Source of the DNA: Acanthaster planci
Taxonomy: Eukaryota
DNA length: 64,000 nt
NCBI RefSeq assembly: GCF_001949145.1
Contig: NW_019091356.1
Span: 3,330,934 to 3,394,933, forward strand
Direction of reading: 5' to 3'
A program made the position numbers and the translations under genes. The notes under the pieces are model-generated. The model did not search any database. It had not been told where the DNA came from and saw only the letters and a program-made list of their open reading frames with translations. This document shows positions 1 to 12,440 of the stretch, piece after piece; position 1 is the first letter of the stretch; each line of letters starts with the position of its first letter.

Positions 1-2016
1 GAGAGTCCTCTGTAATACAACAGTTTGGCATTTCAGAAAGATATACATGTACATGATGTGGTTGCTGTAAAGCGCAACTGGTGTGGTCCATTACATAACA
101 ATCCCACTTGAGCCTAGATTACATTGTGCCACAGGTTCTGCTGGGCCCGGGCCCAGGGTAGTCTTTGCTCAAGCATAGAGCTAGGAACGGGCAGTAGTCA
201 AACAGACTTGAACCAAGTGTAGGTATTACGCTGAAAGTGATTCTAATGCTGATTTTTCTGGTGTTAAAATGATCGCTCCAAAATTTAAACATTCAATGCA
301 TTTTAGCGCAGATATTAAATCAATTACAATTTGTATGCTGTACCATGCTTTGCTTAAAGATTAAAAGACAAATATTTTTGTAACCTGATATTTGCCGTGA
401 TGTTTAATTGGCCTCTTTGGTACAGAAACCTGCTCTTTTCGAAATACAGTAAAAATGTAAGCAGTAACAAGTCTTAGTTACATGTACATGTAATCTCATG
501 AAACATTTAATTGGCAAAATAGCATTGAATTATAAATTCACCGTTGTAGACAAACATGTATAGAATAGCAGTCCCAAAATTATGTACACACCTACAGTAT
601 GTGTGCATGTGTCCCACTTATGACCTTTGTTCCTCCATGAAACTATTGCAGTGCATGTGGGGGTGAGGGAATTGCCACAGGAGAGCCACTCTATTCACGT
701 ACAGGTGTAGTCAGTTTGGTTCTTCACTAAGCCAGCGCAGCAACTAATTCATTTCAGTGTGTTTTTTCCTTCAGTCGTTCAAACGTTTCAAACAGAACAC
801 ATGTTTATGGCCCACACGTACATGCACAGGTCTGTGTATATGTATGTTGTATTGTTTATTAGCGTCTGTGAATTCATGGGCCGTGTTTTAACACGAGTAA
901 TTATTTTTGTTACTGGGATATTTAATATACCGAAAGGCACTGGACCCTTTGCAGCCAACTTGACAACAAAAACACCTGGCCATATTGAAGCCCTCTACAA
1001 CTCTTCGCACATGTACAATACTCCCACGTAATCACAGCATGGTTTCCCTGAGTGGGCTGGAGAATCTCATGAGAATTGCTCGGACTACTGAGTACATTGT
1101 AGGTCAGCCTGAACGTGCAAGAACTTCATTTCTTCTTGTTCTCCATCTCCGTGGAAAACCGTGACACACGGTGAATTGACCTTTATGTTTTAATGAGGAG
1201 ACGTCTTACACAATTACATGTACTTTTTTTTTAGGGCTAAAATAGCTGTCTTGTTGCCGTGGAGCCAAAAGAGAATTACATATTAATGAGAGGGATATGT
1301 TGTTTATGAGAGAGAAATATTGAATATTCGAATAAAGGAAAGAAGAAAAATATGATTTCAAAGTACAGAAACATTCATCTAAAAAGCGTAATTGATACTG
1401 TCAAACTGCAGTGTGCGTATTCTACCAAAGAACCCATGTACTTTTTTCACATTGTCCATTCAGAAAAACTCCCCATGATAGTCCATTCTGCCATGAATTA
1501 GTTTCATGTACTCTTGTTTCTTTATCCCAGACAACACCAGCCTCTGAATGCGAGAGTTCACACAGATATTGATCGCGCAGCAGTCCATGACATGTGCATT
1601 TAGGCAGATCGGCTTCCTTTATGTTTAGTAACAGTGGAAGTCCATAGTATCAACAGTTATCTAACATTCTATGTATGAGGCTGTGTCCGTTTCATTTCGT
1701 TCTTTCAGGGCATTGTCGTAATGCTTTCACATTTTTCCCCCACCCGCAGGAAGTACACGTACTCTGACTGCTCGTAGCCATCATTGACAATGTGTGATTT
1801 GGAACCTTAATGGAAACAAACCCTTTTGCAATATGGGTTTGTAAATGTAATTGAAAAAAACAAATCAAAATAAACAAGGAGAGACACTAGGAAATGTCAT
1901 AATGAGCTTGACATTTATCTTAGGGGGGGGAATGAAATCCTTGAATCACAAGTAGATGAGTCTGTTGTCTGGTGTTAGTAATTACAGCAGATCCCAAATG
2001 TGAAAGTACACAAAGT

Positions 2017-2260
2017 GGCCAATTTCATAGAGCTTCTTAGGCACAAAATTTGCTTAAGCGCAGAAAAAAATTGCTTAAAAAACAAAGGCTACCAGTTTAA
2101 AATCTATGCAATTGTCATGCTATTAAACCAAAAGACAGGTGAATACCATTCCAAAATTATGTACATCACATGGAGTTTTGGCTGGTAACCTGATTTGTCA
2201 AGCAAGGTTTTATTCACGCTTAAGCAAATTTTGTGCTTAAGCAGCTCTATGAAACTGGCC
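2017..2260. mobile_element. MITE with ~44-bp terminal inverted repeats (Harbinger-like GGCC-AATTTCAT termini)
   Basis: GGCCAATTTCATAGAGCTTCTTAGGCACAAAATTTGCTTAAGCG (2017-2060) versus CGCTTAAGCAAATTTTGTGCTTAAGCAGCTCTATGAAACTGGCC (2217-2260). A degenerate relative lies near 53950-54125. Confidence 0.75.
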
Positions 2261-4570
2261 CCTGTTGGCAAGACCTGAACTGGTACCCCGTGGAGGGGTC
2301 AGTGCTTTACCGGTCTGGCGTCAGTACATGAGAAGAGTGTATGGCATAGTGCTAGGTCAAGGGCAGCGGGACAATTATGAATGGAAGGAATGCTGATCGG
2401 GTGATTGTTGGGAAAGATGCAAAAGCACATGGATGCATACCAGAAACTTGGCTGGAAAGTTTGACCCCCCGGACAGTGCTGTATTTGTGTAAATGGTGGC
2501 TGGTTTTACAGGAACATTTATACAGTGAACACGCCATTGGCACTACCGTGGGTGTGCATGCATGCGAGACAACTCCCTGAACCTCGTAGAATATTTAGAA
2601 GTCCACCAGGAAGTTTTTTCTTTATGAATTTTTTTTTTGAGAATGCCGACTTTGGGAAGAGAGGTTGAGGCCAGCTACTGTCAAACTTAAGTTCATTACG
2701 TGATTGATTTTGATGGGTCTAGGAAGGTTAAGGTATACACGTGTCACTCAAAAAAGTGATCCTACATGGTAATTTAATTAAAGATACTCAGTTCCTAAAA
2801 CATTTTCTGTGGGAACTTGGTAAATAATCAAATATCGTCTGCTTTTAACCTTCGGAAATTTGATAACGAGAACTGCAAAGGTTGAATAACTTTCCATAAA
2901 TTGTAACATATGGGTGACCTGTCACCACAAAATGAGCCGAGAGTCGGAATTTTCAAAAACTGAGATATTGGTGTTATTGAATTCAGCAGAAAGGGAGCTT
3001 TCCAATGGTATTTACATTCAACACTTAGGGTAAAAGTATAAGTTGACAATGTGGTATTATTCTGGCAGCTTTGCATCTGTGTTCCTGACATTGTTTCAAC
3101 ATTTCAGACCAGGCACAAATAATGATCTCATCCAAATTGCTAAGAAAATGAGTTTTTACAATATGTGATCCTGTGAAATATTTGGAATTAAATAGATGAC
3201 GGGTCACTCTTTCCAAATATTACAAAACCCCAAAATTGACCTGTACTTCAAAATAACTTTGAACCCTCAAAACAGGAAAGAGTGGGATGCTACTTTACTC
3301 TCATTTTGTCATGACAGGTCACGTATATACAAATTATGCGTACACGAAACGGCATACATGTATCAAATGCTAATTTACCGGTACTTGTTTTCACTGGTGT
3401 CTGTCACGTTGATGGTACTGAGCAATTTGTCTGAGTATTGGAGGTACTGTAATTGCAGCTTGTACGGCTTGTCTGCCCGTTCGTTTTCCAGTTTCAGTCT
3501 TGATGCCTAAGTGCCGGCGTTTCAAATAAATATTGACAGAAGGAGGCTTGGACCATTTCCTGCCCCTCACGATGGCCTCGCTTCATCCTGCTGGATTGCA
3601 AGGATATGGACAACAGCACTGCTTGTTATTAAAGAGACATTGAAGGCCAGTTGCCTGCAAATACCACCCTGAGTTTTAAAGTTCGGTTGCCACAGAAAAT
3701 GATCGTGTTGGACACTGTTGCGAAGGCAATGATGCTGCTAGGCTCTATTGTAAGATACTTTTATTATGAAGTTTTTATTGGCCCACTGCAGTGAGGTTTA
3801 ATTCCACATCATACACCAAAACTGGGAGGTTGCAAGGCGTCAGTCTGTTGCCATGGCAACACATAGCTTTACCTTATCCTTGCAAAGTCCAAATGTCAAA
3901 GAGAACTCTCTACGATAGAGGGACATTTCCAATGAAAGAACATCACTAAAGCTCGGGTCCTGACTGACCACCACAATATGATGGACCAGGATGTTATCCT
4001 GGGAATATGTTTTGTGAACCACAAAAAAGAAAGCAATTACAGTCTCTTCCTCAAATTGTGCTGTGGTATGCTGTTTATAGATTGTAATCCGGGTTAGTTC
4101 TAGGTTGTAACCTAAGCCAAGTTGCAAGAGATCCAGCAGGTGGTTTGGGATGGACGAAGATAATACATAGCCACTACATTAGAGGTGCTTCGCATTGGAC
4201 TTGCAGGAAGAAAAACAAAGAATTGACCATCACTGCAAGGCTGTTTATTTGGAAGACTTATGAAAGTTTGGTACAAAAAAACTTGTACTGAGACTACATA
4301 CATGTGCGTGCTAGCAGACTGTACCCAGACACTTAACTGTCGAATTTTAACTTGACAACCAAACCTGAGCATGCTGAAATTTATCAATCATCAGACATCT
4401 CTTCAAGGAGATTGAAAGGAATTTTTTTTTTCTGGAGCATGAAATGTCTACCGAGTGTGTACTCTGATTCTTTGAGTGTAGTTCTTTCTCCAAACTCTTG
4501 TGATTTTTTATCTGGCATTGAATTTCTCCTTGAACTGTCCAGACACTGAGACCCAAGTGCTGAACAAGCC

Positions 4571-7500
4571 ATGGGGTTTTTATTCTCCAAGATTTGGAGT
4601 CTCTTCAACAACGAAGGTGAGAATGGCCGAAAGGTTTTGGAGGGATGACATTTTGAAGTTAACACAAAACATTAGAGGACTTGTTAAGACTTTGGTTTGT
4701 CATTAGTTTTGTTTGTTTTTTTCGACAGAAATAAATTCATAAAAACAGTAATCACAAAGAAATCTTCAGTAATGCAGCACTTTGGGACTAGTTCCACATG
4801 CGGTTTGAGTCCTGTTGCGTCAGTCACCTGTTATGACTTTTACATGAAAACTTTACATGCCTTGTGAGGTTCAGACATTGGAATTCTTTCCTCCACAGAA
4901 CACAAAGTCATCATCGTTGGGCTGGACAATGCCGGCAAGACAACAATTTTATACCAAATGTAAGTGGCCTTTTAAATTTAGAATTAAAGAACAGACGCAT
5001 TGAGTTATTTGAAACTCTGCATATAGAGGCTTTGCATGGAAGCCATCTTGCAGGGCTCTTCTTTTGTTCCACAGGGAAACCTCCCATGGAACAAAAGCAC
5101 TGGACTGCAAGATGGCAGCCATGCAAACCCTCTAAAGCTGGCCTCACAATGACGGCAGAATGCTGTGGCATACACTTTAATTCTGTTGCTGAGATGGAAT
5201 GCTGTGGTTGCCATCGGCAACCAGCCGTCTCTTGATCATGTAATAAAACTGACATTGCCAATCTAGCATGTTGCAGTGCAGAAGGAGACTTCACCTGAGG
5301 CCTTTTATCCAGGCTGCATTTTATTTGTCATGGGAAGGCACGTACCCCAGCTGTATTTTGTAATGAGGGTTGCAGATGCTCTGCAATTGAGACTATACGG
5401 CATAAAATTACCTCTGCCTTTGAATTACATATTGTCGCTCAGGAATTGTAATATTGTCATATCGAACTCCTGCAGTCTCATGAACGAAGTTGTCCACACG
5501 TCGCCCACGATAGGAAGCAACGTGGAGGAGGTGAAATGGAAAAACATACACTTCCTGATGTGGGACATCGGGGGTCAGGAGTCGCTACGCTCTGCCTGGA
5601 GCACGTACTACGCCGGTACCGAAGTAAGTCGTGCGATGAAATCGCAACCTTTGACGCCGGCGTACCATGACACAGTGTCGTGGCACTGCGTATCGCGAGA
5701 TGTTTTTTACTGCTGGCTGACAGAGTTATAATTGTGTCCATTACAAGTCCTCTGAAGTCTTAGAACGCCGTCACCCGGTGAATCCACTCATTGATTCGGC
5801 CTCTAGTCACAGTTGTTCAAGTAGACTGTGACCGAGGCCAGGCCTTTGTCGTTTAGTCGTCCCCCGGCACTCGCGACTAGATTCGCAATTGGGTGGTGAA
5901 TGACCCACAAGATGCAGCGAGCCGTGCTGTCGTGACTATAACACGGCTCGAGGCACTGCACAATACAGAGCATGATCATTTCAAATACAATAATTCACTT
6001 GATACAATAACGACACTAAAAAAATCTCTGTGCATGCCAGTGCTGGCATGGTCTGTTTCTTAAACCAGGTTGGAGGACCCGGGTAATACGTTTAGAATGA
6101 ATTTATCTTTGATGTCTGTCTCCACCTGTTTCAGTTTGTAATACTCGTCATAGACAGCACAGACAGAGAAAGATTACACGTCAGCAAAGAGGAGCTCTAT
6201 TTTATGTTAGCCAACGAGGTAAGCTTCCTGTTTAAAAACAGTTTGAAATGGAAAAGCTGTAATGTCATCTACCTGTGATTGGACCGTGGTACCAACCTTG
6301 TAAGNNNNNNNNNNNNNNNNNNNNNNNNNNNNNNNNNNNNNNNNNNNNNNNNNNNNNNNNNNNNNNNNNNNNNNNNNNNNNNNNNNNNNNNNNNNNNNNN
6401 NNNNNNNNNNNNNNNGAAAGCCAGCTGTTATGGGCCTACCAGACCTATCCCCACAGAATTAAACACTTCACAACTGTTTAATTCTGTGTGGTTGGGAAGG
6501 TTAGGGTTAAGAAGAATTACAATCTTTCACTTCGTTTCCCTCATCTTGCCTCACTTTGACTTTCTTTTTCAGGTCCTACTCTTCCTATGCGTAAAATTAT
6601 TCAGATTGAAAATAAATGACAGAAAAACCTTCCTTCCGGTAACATTAACTACATTCAAATGTCCGATCTGCTGAAACAGGTGCATTCAAATATTAAATCT
6701 TCGAGTTGGCTTCCTCCTACCTTTCTTCTCCTTCTGGTAGTCCCTCAACCTTTCCATCTTGGAAAACCACACAAAAATCTCTGTTGTTTGGAATCAGTGT
6801 GAAATCCTTACGGAGTTCTCACTTTTTTGGGGGGGGGAATGATTTCTGCAGGACTTAAAGCATGCAGCTGTACTCCTCTTTGCCAACAAGCAGGACCTGA
6901 AGGGGTCCATGTCGTCGGCCGAGATATCCCAACAGCTGAACCTGACTTCCATCAAGGACCACCACTGGCACATACAGGCCTGCTGCGCGCTGACGGGCGA
7001 GGGGTAAGAAAGGGTCCCGTTTATCTCTTCCCTCCCCCCCACCTGTCACCAGCCCCGTCTTGGTCATGGTAGCATTGTCCGATGCTTCACCGATAAGACC
7101 CCAGGCTCCTTGATGCCATCATTTGCATAAAAGACCGTGCATCACATTTGTAACCATTCCTTTGACCACTTTGCACTGGACGAAGTGTATTCTACGATTT
7201 GGCTATCTGTATACACTCAGGCACGGCTGTCTGGTGAAAATGCCAAGCGTGCCTGGACTCGCCTCTGGCTGACATCTTGAAACCCTAATCCACCCAATTG
7301 TTTTATACCTAGGAGAGATGGATTTGAGGAAAATTAAACATCCACCAAATAATCACCATGAGCATAGGGTCCATAGTTTACAGTACGTTTGTGCTGGCCT
7401 GAATGTACCCCTGACGACACCCATTTCTTGTGCTCTCATGTAAACTTTCCTACACGTGCGTAAAAACACCTCAAGATAAACTCAGGATTTTACAGATTTT

Positions 7501-7913
7501 GAAAGAGACTATTTCAAAAAAGCTGAAAATAGGGAAAAAATCCAGACAGATCTCATCCCTGACACACACAGAATCAGAGAAGTCGGTGTGTTGAACTTGG
7601 CGTGAACGGCTTGTCGTGGCAGCCAATATCACTCTTTGAGCGCATCCCGATATCTGCAGAGATCTGAGATTGAAATCCCTTACAAATACTGTTCAAATGA
7701 ATCTAAGAAATCAATGTTCGGGCGTTTGACTGTACATTAAGTGTTGTCTGCTACATCTTGCTTTTTTTTTTTTGAAAATTAAAATCTTAAATGAGAAGCT
7801 ACAATACTGTTGTCGAGTTGTTAAAATTCTGGCGATCTGTGACCCGTGTTTTGTTTCTGCCATTCAGGTTACTCAAAGGCCTGGAGTGGATTGCCAACCA
7901 GATTCGGAGGTGA
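4571..7913 (+). CDS. ARL5: ADP-ribosylation factor-like GTPase 5 (ARL5A/B-like), 178 aa, 6 coding exons
   Basis: Exons 4571-4616, 4899-4959, 5476-5623, 6135-6218, 6852-7003, 7868-7913 (537 nt, all GT-AG, phases consistent). Protein [81 protein letters not shown]..; Gly2 myristoylation site and ARL5-type [14 protein letters not shown]. An acceptor AG at 4541-4542 implies an upstream non-coding exon. Confidence 0.95.
5024..5134. mobile_element. Short foldback MITE (family also at 44649-44768)
   Basis: TAGAGGCTTTGCATGGAAGCCATCTTGCAG ... CTGCAAGATGGCAGCCATGCAAACCCTCTA; TA at both ends. Confidence 0.7.
6305..6415. other. Assembly gap (111 N) within an ARL5 intron
   Basis: Run of N; the flanking exons join in frame, so no coding exon appears to be missing. 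Confidence 0.99.
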
Positions 7914-10323
7914 CCACCGCCAGCATCTCGGCATTATTTTCTGCTCAAGAAATAAGCAAAAGGCAAGAGTTTCTTTCAGGGAGGAATTACTTTTCTTGCT
8001 CAGAAATTGTCACAAGGTCTTCTCCTCATGATAGTATTTTAGGATTTCTGAGAAAAAGTGGGTATCTCCAATCACATTTTGACTGATAGAATTGGGAGCA
8101 TGTCGTCAGGTGTTTTCAACCGTAGAACTCCCAGATTGGCGTGCGTGGCAGCCGGCAGATAAATATTTGTGCATTGACCAAACTTTGAAGTGAAAATAAA
8201 GGCAAGGCAAAGTGATTGCTGGGGTCTGGACAAATTTTTACCCTTAAAATCAGCCGAGTAACTAAATGTCTTTGCACAAATCTGGTCTTTTTTTAATGAG
8301 AACATTGGGTTTTTTAATAGGATTAAGAAGTGGCATTTTTTTTTATGGGGAAGGGGCGATCGAGGCATAGACTCTTTGTAATTCTCGTGTCAAGCCGGGA
8401 CTCAATATCTGGGGGCCAGCTTCACAGTGTGGCTGGACACGAAAGATATTCACTTGGACACAAACCAACAAGCTATTGGCTAAAAATGTCGCATGATTTA
8501 TACTGGCCCGGACTGGTTTTCTGTCACAGTCAGTGTAGCTTTTAGCACTTGTCTCAATTCAAGGATTTTGCAAGGTGGTCCCCAGAATTCAGGCCCAGGC
8601 TTCACGGCTGAAGATGGCTTCATGATTTTTCTCTCCTTTTGTGCCTTTCTGACGATGGTATATCTTCCACAGAATGGACGGCAACATTTTTGGGAGTGAT
8701 ATATGAGGCTTTAGCTATAAAAAAAAAATGAAATAGAATTTGGGAAGTAAATGGTAATGTACAGTCCATGGTATTTGTGCCCGGCAAAAACATCGACTTT
8801 CTCATGTACACGATTACACTGCCAGGTGTGATCGTCCCATTTTCCTTCCAAACAGCCGTTGAAATATTTCATTTCCTTTATTCTCATTCTATTTTTTTTT
8901 TTTAATTGGGGAAACTCTATTTTGACTTGGGAGAACTGCGATCGGTCATGTGGTTTGTATTTATTGATTGGAGTTATTGAATTTGCAGGTCCTGGTGTTA
9001 GATTTTTTTTAATGTACGTGTTTTTTTTCAACTTGTCAAAATCTTTTTGTGTCTAGTTGTAGTTAGGTTGTGCAGAACTCGATACATGTATGATGGAGTG
9101 GCTGTGCTTTGCAAGAGATACCGATTACCAGCCAAAATGTGTAATGTGCATTATGCTCGACCGGTTCTCGCCAACTTGCTCTGGCCATCCGTAATATTCT
9201 GCTGAGACGGTTCTCAGAGTCGGCCCCAAGGTGGAATGTCACTCGAGTTCAGACGTAAACATTTCTTACCTATTGTGTTGCACTTTGTTTGTGTATTCAC
9301 TTATGTTAAGTGAAAGTTCCCTCGCCGTTTACTGCAACGCATCCAAAACAAATCGTCCCCCTTATCTGAGTGGAGATTTTTGAGTGTTGCCCACATCCCC
9401 TCTGCCATCTCATAAATATTTATGAATTTTTACCAAGAGATTGGCCGCCACAAACGTCTGCCAAGGAGGTGTTCCTGGATGTGTGCTTTTTATATTTGGT
9501 TGGGATAAATTTGAATGTTACTGTAGCTATTTGGAAGCATGTAACTGCAGCATTATAGTCTTCATGTTATCTTTTTTCCCCCAAGTCATAAACACTAAGC
9601 CACAAATTTCCTTGCACTTTTTCATATGCTCTCTTGACATGAGTTGAACAAATTATTCAATGACCAACTTGTGACAAGGTTTCTTCGAACAAAGCACATC
9701 TAGCTGCCCATTTATTGGAATGCAAAACTCTCCGTTTCACATTGCTTGAATTTGTTAATTCCTAATTGTCGCGTAACGGTTTCATGTTGTTTACACACTG
9801 ACGGTGCTTTAGTCTTGATTCAAGACGCTGATGTTCTGTATTTAATGCATGACTACAACATAAAACTCCAAGAGGAAGGCCGTGTTGCTGACAAACAGAA
9901 ACCTTGTGTGATCTTACAGTGGATTGTCGCATCACAGGTTTTGACCACCTTTACACAATTTCTGGACACAAAATGGAGGCACACTAGGGTTTACATTGGG
10001 AATTGCATGCGATACCATTTCGTCTCCACCGAAGGCTTGTTGTCACAACCCCAGTGGCCGAGTTTGTTCCCAATGACAGTCTCCTCGTGCAGGCCCCTAG
10101 TGCCACAAATTAGCGTCTTGAAGAAGAGACTAGTAGAAGTGTAACTGTCAGTGATGTGTCCACAAGCCATGTGGTAATCTTGACAGGCCCCTGCTTCGTG
10201 CAAGTATGGTGTATTTATCCTTTATGTTATTGTTTTATTGTACGCTTTGTTAAGAAGTCTTGTTTCAATGAATCACCTTGTCAGCATATATGTGAACAAT
10301 AAGCCTTTTATTTGTTAAATTCG

Positions 10324-10329
10324 AATAAA
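10324..10329 (+). terminator. Candidate polyadenylation signal for ARL5 (would give a ~2.4 kb 3' UTR)
   Basis: AATAAA at the end of a U-rich + strand tract, just before the convergent RACGAP1 3' end. Confidence 0.45.
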
Positions 10330-10370
10330 ACCTGGAGTACTAATATAATCCCCCAGACTTGAGACACTTT

Positions 10371-10527
10371 CTATTCCTCGTGATTCGGGCAAGCTTTTGC
10401 GTCGCGACCACCATCTCCGGAATGGACTAGTTCTTTTGCCCGCCTCTTGTCCTTTGAAAACCGTGTACTAGCTCAAGGCGTCTCTTGTGTAACTAAGCAA
10501 AAGCTTGCCCCGAATCACGAGGTATAG
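10371..10527. mobile_element. MITE with ~30-bp TIRs between the convergent 3' ends of ARL5 and RACGAP1
   Basis: CTATTCCTCGTGATTCGGGCAAGCTTTTGC versus GCAAAAGCTTGCCCCGAATCACGAGGTATAG. Confidence 0.75.
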
Positions 10528-10931
10528 CAGCAGTGTCTTTGGTATGAAGAAGTTAAACTCGGTGTACCACATTTTATTCAAATTTAACTCACAAAGGCTT
10601 ATTCCCCCCAGCACTCTCCCAAATCCGGAATGTGATTCAAGTTGCCTTTGTAATACAGGTTAAAGACGGTTGTACATTGCTGTAATAAATTCTGTAGCTG
10701 GTAGATATTTTAAAAAAATACCGTGGTTTGCGTCGACAAATTTTTTTGTTAAAACCCAAAGTTAGATTTCTTACTCTCGAGTACCGTCAGTAAAGTGGCA
10801 ACTCTGAAAGAAATCTTGGCGCCATTTGTTGATGCCTGGGCATCGGACACCTCCCCCCCCCCCGACCGATTCAGGACAGCAAACTGAGTTAAATGGGTGG
10901 TCACTGTGGATTGTGTGGAGCTGACAGTGAC

Positions 10932-11115
10932 CAGGGGTGCGAGTGGCCACTTGACGTGAAGGCTGAAAACCACCATGAACAAAAAGCTGAAAGGTTAGAA
11001 GTTCCCATACATTTGTACACACCCGGGCGTACAAAAAAGCTGAAATTCAGGGTCAACATCTAAACCAAAAAAAAAAAAATGAAATCAGCTAAAAAGCTGA
11101 ACTCTCACACCCCTG
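10932..11115 (+). mobile_element. hAT-like MITE, CAGGGGTGYGAG family, copy 1
   Basis: TIRs CAGGGGTGCGAG / CTCACACCCCTG, internal AAAAGCTGAA repeats, flanks AGTGAC/AGTGAT. Confidence 0.8.
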
Positions 11116-11187
11116 AGTGATCAAAATTCATCCGCAAATTTCACCACACTGAGGAGCAAAACGCATCGTATTCATACTCTCACAACA

Positions 11188-11193
11188 TTTATT
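11188..11193 (-). terminator. Candidate polyadenylation signal for RACGAP1 (second candidate at 10573-10578)
   Basis: TTTATT on + is AATAAA on -, ~1.25 kb downstream of the RACGAP1 stop. Confidence 0.45.
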
Positions 11194-12440
11194 CATGCAA
11201 AAGAAATATCATTTTTAAAAAGGAAAAAAAAAATCACCGTGAAGCCTTGTGTCATTGCTTTTTCTGATTTAGCATGTACATGTATTCACGTTTCCATTGC
11301 TCAGAAACTCCTAAACCTACAAGTGATACTTTATACACCGTTTTATCTGTAGTCCCTGAATCTCATTCCAAAATCTGACATTTGATGCGCAAGAAACTCT
11401 AATGCCGATTCAAACTTCCATGTGGACGAAAGTCACATTTTACCTGTAAAAAATTAACTAAATCACAGAGAACTGTCACGTGCACATTCAGAAACCGACA
11501 AATATAAACTACGTTCTATTTACACCCATAAACTAGCATTAGGATTGGTAGGCTTCTTGTATTTACAATCTTCAAGGCAAAGATCTTGTATTTTGAAAGT
11601 GAGATTTAGTTCTGTTTTTAATGTTCTTGCCAAGCGTCATCTGTATCCCCTTCCGCAGCCCTCCTAGGTATTTCTCGTTATCCTAAATGTTAAAATTAGA
11701 ACGGGGCTCGGAATTACTACCTTTGGCCGTAAAAACGTTATTTACAAATCTACATACTTGTACACGTATGTTACAGTAAGCTATTTGAGAATGGAGTTCT
11801 GCACGCCGGCTCATTCAAAGATTACTCATTCTTGAACTTAAAAATCTCCAGACAAAAGACACTGTTGGAAGTTCTGGCTGTCGGCAATAGCGCATGTACC
11901 TCTGGAAGACGCTGGTTAGCGGCTGCTGCCACGTACCATAGACGTTCGTGCTACCGGTAGCCACAGCCCTTGATGTTGGACACTGGCTCGCATGTGTGAG
12001 CCAGTGTGTTACTACTTCTTAGGCTAATACCTCTTCGTTCTGAATGGCGATGAATGGTGCAAAGATCAGGCCATCAAAGCCGGAAGTTGCTGGCATGGGG
12101 CTTTGCCTTAAATCGCAGGCAGTATCGCAACTGTGTCTTAAATCTGGGGAAATTAAATTTTCAATGACCAAGTGTACAAAAAAATCAAAAAGTAACAGAA
12201 CTTACGTCATTCAAATGAAACTCACAAATATTCCCATCTGTCACAGGATTTTGCTGTACATTGATGTGTTAACAAAGATGTCGCTTGTGTCACAGAGAGC
12301 CTGGTTCTCACCACTCGCTGGCCATCTTCAAACTTATTCTCACACCAGAGTCTGGGAATCTGACTCAGGTGGCTACAGATTAGAAAGACTCCGTACCTGT
12401 ATGCTAAGAATGATAGTAGGTTCATCTTTCACCCGTGCAT

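Noticed and set aside
759..4540. Short ORFs upstream of ARL5 and in 38.5-51 kb
   Set aside because: No recognisable domains, AT-rich codon usage unlike the true exons, and no consistent splice chain.
6452..6488. Hairpin CACAGAATTAAACA/TGTTTAATTCTGTG as a possible pre-miRNA
   Set aside because: The perfect stem is only 14 bp, sits beside an assembly gap and matches no mature miRNA I recognise; more likely a repeat fragment.
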